Positions 18,470 through 27,686 of a stretch of DNA of 64,000 nt are shown here, piece by piece. A program made the position numbers and the translations under genes. The stretch is taken from positions 1 to 64,000 of the forward strand of contig JAOUEV010000011.1 of the NCBI GenBank assembly GCA_029858565.1. The letters run 5' to 3'. The DNA is from Nitrospirota bacterium. Lineage in GTDB: Bacteria; Nitrospirota; UBA9217. The notes below the pieces were generated by a model. It was not told the origin of the DNA, made no database searches, and worked only from the letters and a program-made list of their open reading frames with translations. Numbering within the stretch: the first letter of the stretch is position 1; each line of letters opens with the position of its first letter.

Positions 18470-20764
18470 TTAGTCCATAAGGCGTTCGACCTCCTGGGCG
18501 GTCACCGCTCGGCTGAAATAGTATCCCTGGGCCATGTCGCACTTCAGGAGACGCAGGATCTTCCACTGGTCCTCGGTCTCCACACCTTCAGCAATGGTCC
18601 GGAGGCTCAGGCTATGGGCCATATTGATGATGGCTGATACGAGCGATGTGGCGTCAGGATCCGCGGCCACGTCCTTGACAAAGGACTGGTCGATCTTGAC
18701 ATAGTCCACGGGAAAACGCTTGAGATAGCTGAGCGACGAATAGCCGGTGCCGAAGTCATCGATGGATATGGATACGCCGATGGATTTGAGCCGCTTCAGG
18801 ATCGTGATGGCGGACTCCTGGTCTTTCACAAAGGTGCTCTCGGTAACCTCCAGGGTAAGCCGTCGCGGATCGATCGCGTACTCCTTGATGACGCTCTCCA
18901 CGGTCTCGGCAAGGAACTCGTGCCGGAACTGGGAGAAGGACAGGTTTACCGATACGGGCAGCTGCATCTTCCCGTTATCCCATGCCTTGATCTGGGCGCA
19001 GGCGGTCTGGAGCACCCATTTGCCCACATCGATGATCATCCCGGTCTCTTCGAGCATGGGGATGAACTTGACCGGTGACACAAGGCCGAATTCGTCGTTC
19101 TTCCATTTGAGCAGCGCTTCCGTTCCCGCGATGCGGCCTGACGACAGGTAGCAGTAGGGCTGGTAGGTGAGCGTGTACTCCTTGTTCCTGAGCGCGTCCA
19201 CGAGCCGCCGCTCCATGAAGACCAGCTCGGTCACGCCCACGTTCATGTCGGAGGTGTAGAACTGATAGTTGTTCCGTCCCAGCGCCTTTGCCTTGCCCAG
19301 GGCCGTGTCGGCGTTCTTCATGAGCGTGTTCGCGTCCTTGCCGTCGTCAGGGTAGAGGGATATTCCGCAGGCAAGGGTGACCGATATCTCTTCTCCGCCG
19401 GACATGATGATCTGGGGCACGTTCTTCATGATCATCTTCACGAACAGGATGACGTCGGAGGGCTTCTGGATGTCATGGAGAATGATGCCGAACTCATCGC
19501 TGCCGAGACGGGCCACGGTGTCATCTTTGCTCACCGAAACGGACAGGCTCTCGGCGACCTGCTTCAGCATCTTGTTGCCCGCATCGAGCCCGTAGATCTC
19601 GTTGATGTACTTGAACCGGTCGATGTCGATGGTCAGGATCGCCATGGTTCCCGTGCCCTTGGAAGCGCGCGTGCGGTCGCGGTTCAGTCGTTCCACAAAG
19701 ACGCTGCGGTTCGGTAGGCCGGTCAGGTCGTCGTAGGAGGTGAGGAAGGTCAGCTTCTCCCGCATTGTCTTGAGCGGGGTGACATCGCTTGCCGTGACCA
19801 GGGCATGGGTGACGTTTCCCCGCGCGTCGGTGATGGGCGTTACGACCTCGTCCAGCACTGTCTGCTCGCCGTTCTTTTTCCGTATCGTCACTTCGGCCTG
19901 GAAAGAGAATCCCGAAAGGACGGTGTTCCACATTTCACCGAGGAGCTTGGGATCGCCATGTTCCGACCGTAGCAGGTCAAGGCCCCGGGCGATGACCTCG
20001 TCCCGGGTGTAGCCGGTCACATCCTCCACAGCCTTGTTCACGTACTCGACCGTTCCGTCCCGGTCCGTGATGAGCACGATGTCCGCGGACTGCTCCACGG
20101 AAAGGGAAAGTTTCTTCAGCAGTTCCTCGGCCTGCTTCATTTCGGTCATGTCCCGGACAACGACCGCGAACCCCGCGAGCCCGCGGTCCGGCGATCTGCG
20201 GGCAACGACCGCCATATGGGCATGGAACGAGGAGCCGTCCTTGCGAAGCATCCAGACGTTCATTTCATGGCGTCCGTCAGCCGCGCTTGTCCTGAGGGCG
20301 GACTCGATCCTGCCGGCGGTCGCGTCATCCTGAGGAAAGAGGCAGTTGACGGACCTTCGCGTGATCTCGTCCTGGGCGAAACCAAAGAGCCTTTGGGCGC
20401 CGGGATTCCAATTGGCGGTCCTGCCGTCGCTATCCAGCAGGAAGACCGCGGTGTTCTTGACCCCGTCGGTCAGCAACTGCAGGAGTTCGTTCTGCTCTTT
20501 CAGTAAGAGCGCGAGTTCCCGCGCCCGCCTGCTTTCCCTGCGCATCGCCGAAAGGGCGGCGGTAACAATAATGACGGTGAGCACAAGCATGAAACCGAGA
20601 ATGGAAAACGTCATGGCGCCTCCCCGGACAGACGTAGAGGCTTGGGCAAAGGACGAAAGCGGCGTCATGAAGATCAGGAGGAGCGCATGGCACGCGGACC
20701 TCACTGAAATCCTTGCGACATCAGGGAACAGGAGGTTTCTATGGGGACAGCGGTAAGGCTGCAT
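18470..20764 (-). CDS. Membrane-anchored PAS-PAS-GGDEF-EAL protein
   Basis: Two PAS domains, YDDLTGLPNR, degenerate GSDEF, EALLKW, DDFGTGYSSL; paralog of 13904-15820. Confidence 0.92.
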   Translation of the reverse strand: MQPYRCPHRNLLFPDVARISVRSACHALLLIFMTPLSSFAQASTSVRGGAMTFSILGFMLVLTVIIVTAALSAMRRESRRARELALLLKEQNELLQLLTDGVKNTAVFLLDSDGRTANWNPGAQRLFGFAQDEITRRSVNCLFPQDDATAGRIESALRTSAADGRHEMNVWMLRKDGSSFHAHMAVVARRSPDRGLAGFAVVVRDMTEMKQAEELLKKLSLSVEQSADIVLITDRDGTVEYVNKAVEDVTGYTRDEVIARGLDLLRSEHGDPKLLGEMWNTVLSGFSFQAEVTIRKKNGEQTVLDEVVTPITDARGNVTHALVTASDVTPLKTMREKLTFLTSYDDLTGLPNRSVFVERLNRDRTRASKGTGTMAILTIDIDRFKYINEIYGLDAGNKMLKQVAESLSVSVSKDDTVARLGSDEFGIILHDIQKPSDVILFVKMIMKNVPQIIMSGGEEISVTLACGISLYPDDGKDANTLMKNADTALGKAKALGRNNYQFYTSDMNVGVTELVFMERRLVDALRNKEYTLTYQPYCYLSSGRIAGTEALLKWKNDEFGLVSPVKFIPMLEETGMIIDVGKWVLQTACAQIKAWDNGKMQLPVSVNLSFSQFRHEFLAETVESVIKEYAIDPRRLTLEVTESTFVKDQESAITILKRLKSIGVSISIDDFGTGYSSLSYLKRFPVDYVKIDQSFVKDVAADPDATSLVSAIINMAHSLSLRTIAEGVETEDQWKILRLLKCDMAQGYYFSRAVTAQEVERLMD

Positions 20765-20973
20765 AATGAATTCCTGCGCAGGCCGGGCGAATGCTCCCGG
20801 GGCTTGCGGAATGTGTCCCGGAAAGATGCACTAATTAATATTGTAGCTTAGCACAGGGCTTTTTAAAAGGTTAATTTCCTGTGATGCTATGTCGGGTGGC
20901 GGGGCAGGGATAGTTCGATAAAGTCTTCCTGTGATACAATTATCGCAGCCAACGAGAATTTCAGGAGAAATGC

Positions 20974-21699
20974 ATGGAGCGGGAACGCGGGAACGATGAC
21001 AGCGAGAGGGACGAACTGGCGCGGAGGGTCCGCAGCATCGAGGAACGGCTGGACAGTCTGGAGGAGCGGGGTCAGGGAGGGGTGATGGCGCATCCGGCCT
21101 GGCCGCTGGCCACAGGACTGACCGCTGTCGTGTTCGCTTACCTGGGGATGGCAGTTCCACGGCACCCCTATCAGTATCTTTTCGCGGCGTTGCTGCTGGC
21201 ACTGTCCTATCACCGTGGCTTTCTCCTGCTCTTCACCGGAAAGTGGCGATGGACCCTGGCGGCAACGAACTTCGTGAATTTGTCCTATTTCTTCATGATC
21301 ATACTCGGCGGAGGGGTGCGGCATCCTCTGTTCTGGTTAAAAGCGCCCGCGGTCATAAAACAGCCGGCGCCGGACGGGACTTCCTGGTACGGCAGGATGG
21401 TGCCTGATTATTCCCTTCAGTGGAGCGACATAGCCGGTCTGTCGGACTGGAGCATCGATGTCACGAAGGTCCAGGCCTTTCTGCTCATTGCGACGCTGGC
21501 AGGCGCTCTCTTCCGTTTCCCGGGATTCACGTCCCTTGCCGCAACAGCACTGCTGATCGTCTCGATCCCCGCGTATCTGGCATTTACCTGGGATTGGGTC
21601 ATGCTGTTCCTGATCCTGGCCAGCATCGCCCTCTATCTTCAGTCGCAGCCTGCACTGCCGCGTTATCGGTACCGGGACGGTCCCGGCCGTTGGTCGTGA
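20974..21699 (+). CDS. Hypothetical multi-pass membrane protein
   Basis: AGGAG RBS, N-terminal coiled coil, several hydrophobic helices. Confidence 0.7.
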   Translation: MERERGNDDSERDELARRVRSIEERLDSLEERGQGGVMAHPAWPLATGLTAVVFAYLGMAVPRHPYQYLFAALLLALSYHRGFLLLFTGKWRWTLAATNFVNLSYFFMIILGGGVRHPLFWLKAPAVIKQPAPDGTSWYGRMVPDYSLQWSDIAGLSDWSIDVTKVQAFLLIATLAGALFRFPGFTSLAATALLIVSIPAYLAFTWDWVMLFLILASIALYLQSQPALPRYRYRDGPGRWS

Positions 21700-21730
21700 T
21701 GAATGCCGGACACCGCTGGACAGGAGCAGA

Positions 21731-22366
21731 TCAGAGCTCGATCTCGTTGAGCTGGGGATAGACGAAGAGCGTGAAGTCGTACTGGACGCGGTCGTGGCGG
21801 AGCGCGAAGTAGGGCGACAGGTTCTCGAGAGAGAATCGCACCATATCTTCGGGCGACGTATAATTGAGTTCCGGGTCCTTTATGGGGGTGTGGGAGGAAA
21901 GCGCGTTCAGCGCAAGCCCTTTGTTGCAATGCTTGAAGAGCGTCATGAGCGTGTTCAGGAGGTCGTCCTTGACCCCGGGGACCAGGTAATTGAATACCCC
22001 GCAAATGACGATATAATCGTAGAACCCCTCGAGCGGATCTACCTCCTCTTCAATATCCATTACCTCAAACGTGCATTCGGGATATTTCTGCCGGGCAAGT
22101 TCGATGAAGTTCTCGTTCATGTCGACTCCGGTATAGCGCACGTCGATCCCTCTGCGTTTCAGGAACCGGTAGAAATCCCCGGTGCCGCAGCCGTAATCCA
22201 ATACCGAGGCATTGCGCAGCTGCTCCAGGGGAGCGATCTCCGAAAGCGAATGATACCGGCGAAGCTGTCCCTTCGGCGTCCAGCGGAGCGCCTCCGGCCG
22301 GTCTCCGAACTTCTTCAGATGAAAGTTGTAAAAAGAAAGCAGCTGGTCTCGCGAGTAGGGATCCAT
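21731..22366 (-). CDS. Class I SAM-dependent methyltransferase
   Basis: VLDYGCGTGD, YTGVDM, GVFN. Confidence 0.88.
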   Translation of the reverse strand: MDPYSRDQLLSFYNFHLKKFGDRPEALRWTPKGQLRRYHSLSEIAPLEQLRNASVLDYGCGTGDFYRFLKRRGIDVRYTGVDMNENFIELARQKYPECTFEVMDIEEEVDPLEGFYDYIVICGVFNYLVPGVKDDLLNTLMTLFKHCNKGLALNALSSHTPIKDPELNYTSPEDMVRFSLENLSPYFALRHDRVQYDFTLFVYPQLNEIEL

Positions 22367-22522
22367 GTACCGGGCCTCCGAAGGTTCAATGCGCCATAGT
22401 ACGCTATTTCCATTCACGCTGCAAGCGACCGAGGAAAAAGCTCTTGCTATTTACGCAGTGATAAGTTAATTTTATTTTCCGGGGGCGGTCAGGCTGCACG
22501 ATAACTTTTCGTAACGTTTTGC

Positions 22523-22551
22523 TTGACAAACCTGCCTCGTTCGCTTATGAT
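22523..22551 (+). promoter_or_regulatory. Sigma70 promoter of the nuo operon
   Basis: TTGACA-17 bp-TATGAT, about 60 bp upstream of nuoA. Confidence 0.7.
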
Positions 22552-22609
22552 TTCTTCGGTTTTTAAAACATCTGCTAACTAAAAATTTAATACAAGCGAA
22601 GGAGTTGCC

Positions 22610-22984
22610 ATGACTCCAGGTTCTTACCTGCCCGGACATTTTCTACCGGTCGCAATCTTCCTGTTCCTCGGCGTCGCTGTCGGCGTCGGTATGCTTGTTT
22701 TCAGCAGACTGGTCAGCCCCCGGAAGCCTTACCGGGAAAAGCTGGTCACCTACGAATCAGGCATCACCCCGTTCATGGACGCCAACCAGAAGTTCTCCAT
22801 CCGTTACTATCTCGTCGCAATGCTTTTCCTCATTTTCGATATCGAAGCGGTTTTTCTCTATCCCTGGGCAGTTGCCTATAACAAGATCGGCCTGTACGGG
22901 TTGGTGGAAATGGTTATCTTCGTCATCATCCTGCTCGTAGGATATTTTTACGCCTGGAAGAAAGGTGCACTGGAATGGGAATAA
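22610..22984 (+). CDS. nuoA: NADH-quinone oxidoreductase subunit A
   Basis: [38 protein letters not shown]. Confidence 0.97.
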   Translation: MTPGSYLPGHFLPVAIFLFLGVAVGVGMLVFSRLVSPRKPYREKLVTYESGITPFMDANQKFSIRYYLVAMLFLIFDIEAVFLYPWAVAYNKIGLYGLVEMVIFVIILLVGYFYAWKKGALEWE

Positions 22985-23460
22985 TCCAGCATGTCTTTGA
23001 AGAAGGCTACATGACCACGAAAGCCGACGAACTCCTGAATTATTTCCGCTCCTGCTCGGTCTGGCCCATGACCTTTGGGCTGGCCTGCTGCGCCATCGAG
23101 ATGATCCAGTATTATTCCGCGCCCCAGCATGACTTCGACCGTTTCGGCACGGTGCCCCGGCCTTCACCCCGGCAGTCCGACCTCCTGCTTGTCGCCGGCA
23201 CGCTGACCAAGAAGATGGCTCCGATCGTCCGCCGGGTATATGACCAGATGCCGGAGCCGAGATACGTTATCGCCATGGGGAGTTGCGCCAGCTCCGGCGG
23301 CATATTCAACACCTACAGCGTGGTCCAGGGTGTGGACAACATCCTTCCCGTTGATGTGTACATCCCGGGATGCCCGCCGAGGCCCGAAGCGCTTATGTAC
23401 GGCATCATGAAGCTCCAGGAAAAGATCCGGAAGGAACACTATATCCGGAAAGAGAAGTAG
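22975..23460 (+). CDS. nuoB: NADH-quinone oxidoreductase subunit B
   Basis: [34 protein letters not shown]. Confidence 0.97.
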   Translation: MGIIQHVFEEGYMTTKADELLNYFRSCSVWPMTFGLACCAIEMIQYYSAPQHDFDRFGTVPRPSPRQSDLLLVAGTLTKKMAPIVRRVYDQMPEPRYVIAMGSCASSGGIFNTYSVVQGVDNILPVDVYIPGCPPRPEALMYGIMKLQEKIRKEHYIRKEK

Positions 23461-23558
23461 CCTTCCGAGGGATTCTCCGACCAGTCCCGCGAAAAGCGCG
23501 GCTGTCGAGGAGCATGCTCGGTCAGGCCTAATGACCGCAGGATACGAGAGAGACCATT

Positions 23559-24029
23559 ATGGACCCGGAACAGATCGCGAAGACCATTGAAGAGAGATTT
23601 CCCGGCGAAGTGCTGGGAACGGCGACCCATGCGGGGCAGGTGGGCGTCAGCGTGAAACCGGAGCGCATCGTAGATATCTGCCGGTTCCTGCACGATGAAC
23701 CGTCCATCCGGATGGACCTTTTGAACGACCTGACCGCGGTGGATTTTTCCGCATACCCAGGTGACGGCGGTCCGCGGTTCGAGGTGGTCTACAATATGAT
23801 ATCGACCGAGCACCGCCACAGGATTCGGCTCAAGGCGCGTGTGACCGAGGACAATCCCCGGATCGACACGGTCACGACCGTCTGGAACACTGCCAATTGG
23901 CATGAGCGGGAGACCTATGACCTCATGGGTATCATCTTCAACGGTCATCCGGACCTGCGCAGGATACTGCTCGCCGAGGATTGGGAAGGCCATCCGCTTA
24001 GGAAGGAATATCCGCTGAAAGGATATTGA
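23559..24029 (+). CDS. nuoC: NADH-quinone oxidoreductase subunit C
   Basis: ANWHERETYDLMGI.F.GHPDLRRIL, GHPLRKEYP. Confidence 0.97.
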   Translation: MDPEQIAKTIEERFPGEVLGTATHAGQVGVSVKPERIVDICRFLHDEPSIRMDLLNDLTAVDFSAYPGDGGPRFEVVYNMISTEHRHRIRLKARVTEDNPRIDTVTTVWNTANWHERETYDLMGIIFNGHPDLRRILLAEDWEGHPLRKEYPLKGY

Positions 24030-24035
24030 GGTACC

Positions 24036-25238
24036 ATGTCCTCTACTGATACGGAAACAACAAAAGAGATTGTCCAGAAAGAACTTACCCTGAACATGGG
24101 GCCCCAGCATCCGGCCACCCACGGCGTGCTGCGCCTGGTGGTCGACCTGCAGGGGGAAACCGTGGTCGGCGTCGATCCCCGGCCCGGCTATCTCCACCGG
24201 GGCATTGAAAAGTGGATGGAGCACCGGACCTACCACCAGATCATTCCCATCACCGACCGTCTCGAGTACATCACCTGCATGAACAACAACCTCGGCTGGG
24301 TCGTCGCGGTCGAGAAGCTGGCCGGCATCACCGTGCCGGACCGGGCCCAGTTCATCCGGACGCTCATGGCGGAGCTGACCCGGCTTTCCGGACACCTCCT
24401 GTGGCTCGGCACGCATGCGCTCGATATCGGGGCCATGACCGTATGTCTGTACTGCTGCCGCGAGCGCGAACTGATCCTCGACCTTACCGAAATGGTCACC
24501 GGAGCACGCCAGACCGTAAGCTATGTCAGGATCGGCGGTGTGCGGAACGATGTGAACCGGGACTTCCTCGATAAGTGCCGCGAGTTCGTGGATATCTTCC
24601 CCAAAAAGCTCGAAGACTACGACACCCTGATCCGCGAGAACCGCATCTGGCTCAAGCGGACCAAGGGCATCGGCAAGTTCTCGGCCGAGGACGCCGTGAA
24701 CTATGGCCTTACCGGCGCCACGCTCCGAGGCTCCGGTGTGAATTACGACCTTCGCAAGGTCGAGCCCTATGCGGCCTACGACAAGGTGGAGTTCGATGTT
24801 CCCCTCGGCACCGAGGGGGATGTCTATGATCGGTACATTGTGCGGATCAATGAGATGCGCCAAAGCCTTCGGATCGTCAGGCAGTGCCTGGACATGCTTC
24901 CTGCCGGTCCTGTCATGACCGATGATCCGCGGTACGCGGTGCCCGACAAGGCAACGGTCATGACGAATATGGAAGCGTTGGCGCACCAGTTCGTGCTGAT
25001 GAGCAAGTGGGTGAACATGCCCAAAGGCGAGGTCTATGTGGCGACCGAGGCGCCGAAGGGCGAGCTCGGCTTTTATATCGTAAGCGATGGCAGCGGCCGG
25101 CCCTACCGTGTCAAGATCCGCGCGCCATCGTTCGTCCACATCGGAGCGCTTCCAAAGATGGTGACCGGCCACATGGTGGCAGACGTGATCGCCTGCATCG
25201 GCACGATCGACATCGTGCTGGGCGAGTGCGACCGCTGA
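24036..25238 (+). CDS. nuoD: NADH-quinone oxidoreductase subunit D
   Basis: LNMGPQHPATHGVLR, GYLHRGIEK, EAPKGELG, DIVLGECDR. Confidence 0.97.
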   Translation: MSSTDTETTKEIVQKELTLNMGPQHPATHGVLRLVVDLQGETVVGVDPRPGYLHRGIEKWMEHRTYHQIIPITDRLEYITCMNNNLGWVVAVEKLAGITVPDRAQFIRTLMAELTRLSGHLLWLGTHALDIGAMTVCLYCCRERELILDLTEMVTGARQTVSYVRIGGVRNDVNRDFLDKCREFVDIFPKKLEDYDTLIRENRIWLKRTKGIGKFSAEDAVNYGLTGATLRGSGVNYDLRKVEPYAAYDKVEFDVPLGTEGDVYDRYIVRINEMRQSLRIVRQCLDMLPAGPVMTDDPRYAVPDKATVMTNMEALAHQFVLMSKWVNMPKGEVYVATEAPKGELGFYIVSDGSGRPYRVKIRAPSFVHIGALPKMVTGHMVADVIACIGTIDIVLGECDR

Positions 25239-25262
25239 CCCGGGGGAGGAGAGAGGATCACT

Positions 25263-25742
25263 ATGGTCAAGGTAAAGGATATTGAGAACCTGTCAATCTT
25301 CAAGGGGCTCACCGACGACGAGCTCAAGGCTATCGCGGAGATCATCACTCCCGATATTTTTCCTGCCGGCAAGCAGATATTCGAAGAGGGCGAGGTCACC
25401 TGCCCCTGTGTGTACATCATCCAGAAGGGCAAGGTGGACGTCCAAAAGCGGAGCAAGGAAGGTGACCTGCTCACTCTGTCGGTCCAGCGCGAGGGGAGCT
25501 TTTTCGGCGAACTGTCGTTCATTGACAACAAGCCCCACTCCGCGACGATGACAACTGCGTCGGAAGAATCAGTGGTCATGAGGATCGACCGGAGCGACTT
25601 TGATAAGCTGGTCCAGCGCTATCCCGCAGCCGGGTACAAGGTCCTCATGAACATCACCCTGGACATCGCCAAGATCGCGCGGCGGATGAACACGCAGTTC
25701 ATGGATATGTCCGATTACGTGTACGGTAGAACGAAGAGGTAG
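25263..25742 (+). CDS. Stand-alone cyclic-nucleotide-binding (CAP/cNMP) domain protein
   Basis: IF.GL...EL..I, IFEEGE, YIIQKGKV, FFGELSFID..PHSAT; no C-terminal HTH. Confidence 0.88.
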   Translation: MVKVKDIENLSIFKGLTDDELKAIAEIITPDIFPAGKQIFEEGEVTCPCVYIIQKGKVDVQKRSKEGDLLTLSVQREGSFFGELSFIDNKPHSATMTTASEESVVMRIDRSDFDKLVQRYPAAGYKVLMNITLDIAKIARRMNTQFMDMSDYVYGRTKR

Positions 25743-25749
25743 GGATACG

Positions 25750-26268
25750 ATGAGCGACGTTATTGAGGATAGCCGCTTTTGCCGGTCCGGAGGCGACAAG
25801 ATCATGTTCAGCGATGCGGTGGTCGAGGCCATCAACCAGGTGCGCCAGAAATATCCGGACTCGCAGGGAGCGGTACTGCCGTCCCTCCATATCATCCAGA
25901 AGGCGTACGGCCACCTGTCGTATGAGGCCATGCGCTTCGTGTCCCAGCATCTCCGGGTTCCGGAATCTGACGTGTTCGGGACCGCGACGTTCTATTCGCT
26001 CTACCGCTGGAAGTCCGCGGGAAAGCACCAGATCCAGATCTGCCACAACCTGTCCTGCTCGCTTCTCGGCGCCGAATCGCTGATCAAACACCTGGAGCAG
26101 AAGCTCGGCGTGTGCGAGGGCCAGGTGACCAAGGACGGGCGATTCTCCTTCATCCGCATGGAATGCATCGGGCGATGCGACGGCGCCCCTGCCATGCTGA
26201 TAGATGATGATTACCACGGCGAACTGACGCCGCAGAAGATCGACGAAGTTCTCAAGAAATACGAATAG
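25750..26268 (+). CDS. nuoE: NADH-quinone oxidoreductase subunit E
   Basis: ATFYSLY, CHNLSC, ECIGRCDGAP (2Fe-2S). Confidence 0.95.
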   Translation: MSDVIEDSRFCRSGGDKIMFSDAVVEAINQVRQKYPDSQGAVLPSLHIIQKAYGHLSYEAMRFVSQHLRVPESDVFGTATFYSLYRWKSAGKHQIQICHNLSCSLLGAESLIKHLEQKLGVCEGQVTKDGRFSFIRMECIGRCDGAPAMLIDDDYHGELTPQKIDEVLKKYE

Positions 26269-26303
26269 ACGTTTTTCCTCAAAGTTACGGACTGTAAAAG
26301 ACT

Positions 26304-26389
26304 TTTTACCGCAGAGGGCGCAGAGGACGCCGAGTAAACCGGGTTGTCTGGATTCTCACTCTGCGATCTCCGCGATCTCGGCGGTAAAA
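26304..26389. repeat. Gene-less hairpin element (CGCAGAG 9-mer type) between nuoE and nuoF
   Basis: TTTTACCGCAGAGGGCGCAGAGGACGCCGAG ... CTCTGCGATCTCCGCGATCTCGGCGGTAAAA. Confidence 0.85.
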
Positions 26390-26408
26390 TGATGAGGACG
26401 TCATCTCT

Positions 26409-27665
26409 ATGGAAAAGATGCTCCTGAAACGGGTAGATATCCCCAATGCGAACGACATCGACGTGGCGCTCAAGCACGGTGCCTACGGGGCGCTGTCTGC
26501 GGCCTTCGGCATGCGGCCGGTGGACGTGGTAAATGAGGTAAAACGTGCGACCCTCCGCGGACGCGGCGGCGCGGGCTTTCCCACAGGGCTCAAGTGGGAA
26601 CTCTGCGCACGCGTTCCCGGATCGCTCAAGTATCTCCTGTGCAACGCCGACGAGGGTGAGCCGGGCACTATCAAGGACCGGTTCATCCTGCACCAGGACC
26701 CGCATCTTCTGATCGAGGGCATGGTGATATCGGGCTACGCTATTGGGGCAGAGCGCGGCTATATCTACCTTCGCTACGAGTATCCCAAGGCGATCGGCAT
26801 TCTTGAGAAAGCCATTGAACAAGCCTACGCAAAAGGCTATCTGGGCAAGAACATCCTGGGCAAGGGCGTGAATTTCGACCTGTCGGTGCATCGAGGGGCG
26901 GGCGCCTACATCTGCGGCGAGGAAACGGCGCTGATCGAGTCCCTGGAAGGCAAACGCGGCCAGCCCCGTATCCGTCCGCCGTTCCCTGCGAGCCAGGGCG
27001 CCTGGCGCAAACCCACGGTGATCAACAACGTCGAGACCCTTTCGAACATCCCCTTCATCATCGGCATGGGCGGCGACGCCTATGCCAAGATCGGCGCGGA
27101 AACCGCTCCGGGGCCGAAGATCTACGGCGTCAGCGGTCATGTGAACAAGCCCGGAGTCTATGAACTGCCTATGGGGACCACGCTTCGCGAGATAATCTAT
27201 ACACACTGCGGCGGCATCAAGGGCGGTAAGAAGCTCAAGGCCGTGATCCCCGGTGGCGCGTCAACACCTATTCTGACCGAGAGCCACCTGGACGTGAAAA
27301 TGGATTTCAATTCGCTCGTCGCCGCGGGATCCATGCTCGGATCCGGCGCGGTGATGGTCATGGACGAGACCGTGGACATGGTGAACGTGGCCTATGTCCT
27401 GGTCAGGTTCTTTGCCCACGAGTCCTGCGGCAAGTGTACCCCCTGCCGCGAAGGAACAGCGTGGCTCTACCAGGTGTATACCCGGCTGATGCATGGAGAG
27501 GGGAAAGAGGGCGATATCGATCTCCTGCTGTATATCTGCGAGACCGTCAAGGGCAAGTGCTTCTGCCCCCTGGGTGAAGGCGCGATCCAGCCGGTATTGT
27601 CGAGCATCAAACATTTCCGCGCCGACTATGAAGCGCGCATAAAGAGCGGCGTGGTCAGTCACTAA
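26409..27665 (+). CDS. nuoF: NADH-quinone oxidoreductase subunit F
   Basis: LRGRGGAGFPTGLKW, NADEGEPGT.KDR, GAGAYICGEETAL, ESCGKCTPCREG. Confidence 0.97.
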   Translation: MEKMLLKRVDIPNANDIDVALKHGAYGALSAAFGMRPVDVVNEVKRATLRGRGGAGFPTGLKWELCARVPGSLKYLLCNADEGEPGTIKDRFILHQDPHLLIEGMVISGYAIGAERGYIYLRYEYPKAIGILEKAIEQAYAKGYLGKNILGKGVNFDLSVHRGAGAYICGEETALIESLEGKRGQPRIRPPFPASQGAWRKPTVINNVETLSNIPFIIGMGGDAYAKIGAETAPGPKIYGVSGHVNKPGVYELPMGTTLREIIYTHCGGIKGGKKLKAVIPGGASTPILTESHLDVKMDFNSLVAAGSMLGSGAVMVMDETVDMVNVAYVLVRFFAHESCGKCTPCREGTAWLYQVYTRLMHGEGKEGDIDLLLYICETVKGKCFCPLGEGAIQPVLSSIKHFRADYEARIKSGVVSH

Positions 27666-27686
27666 TCAGAACTAAGGATACCCCGT

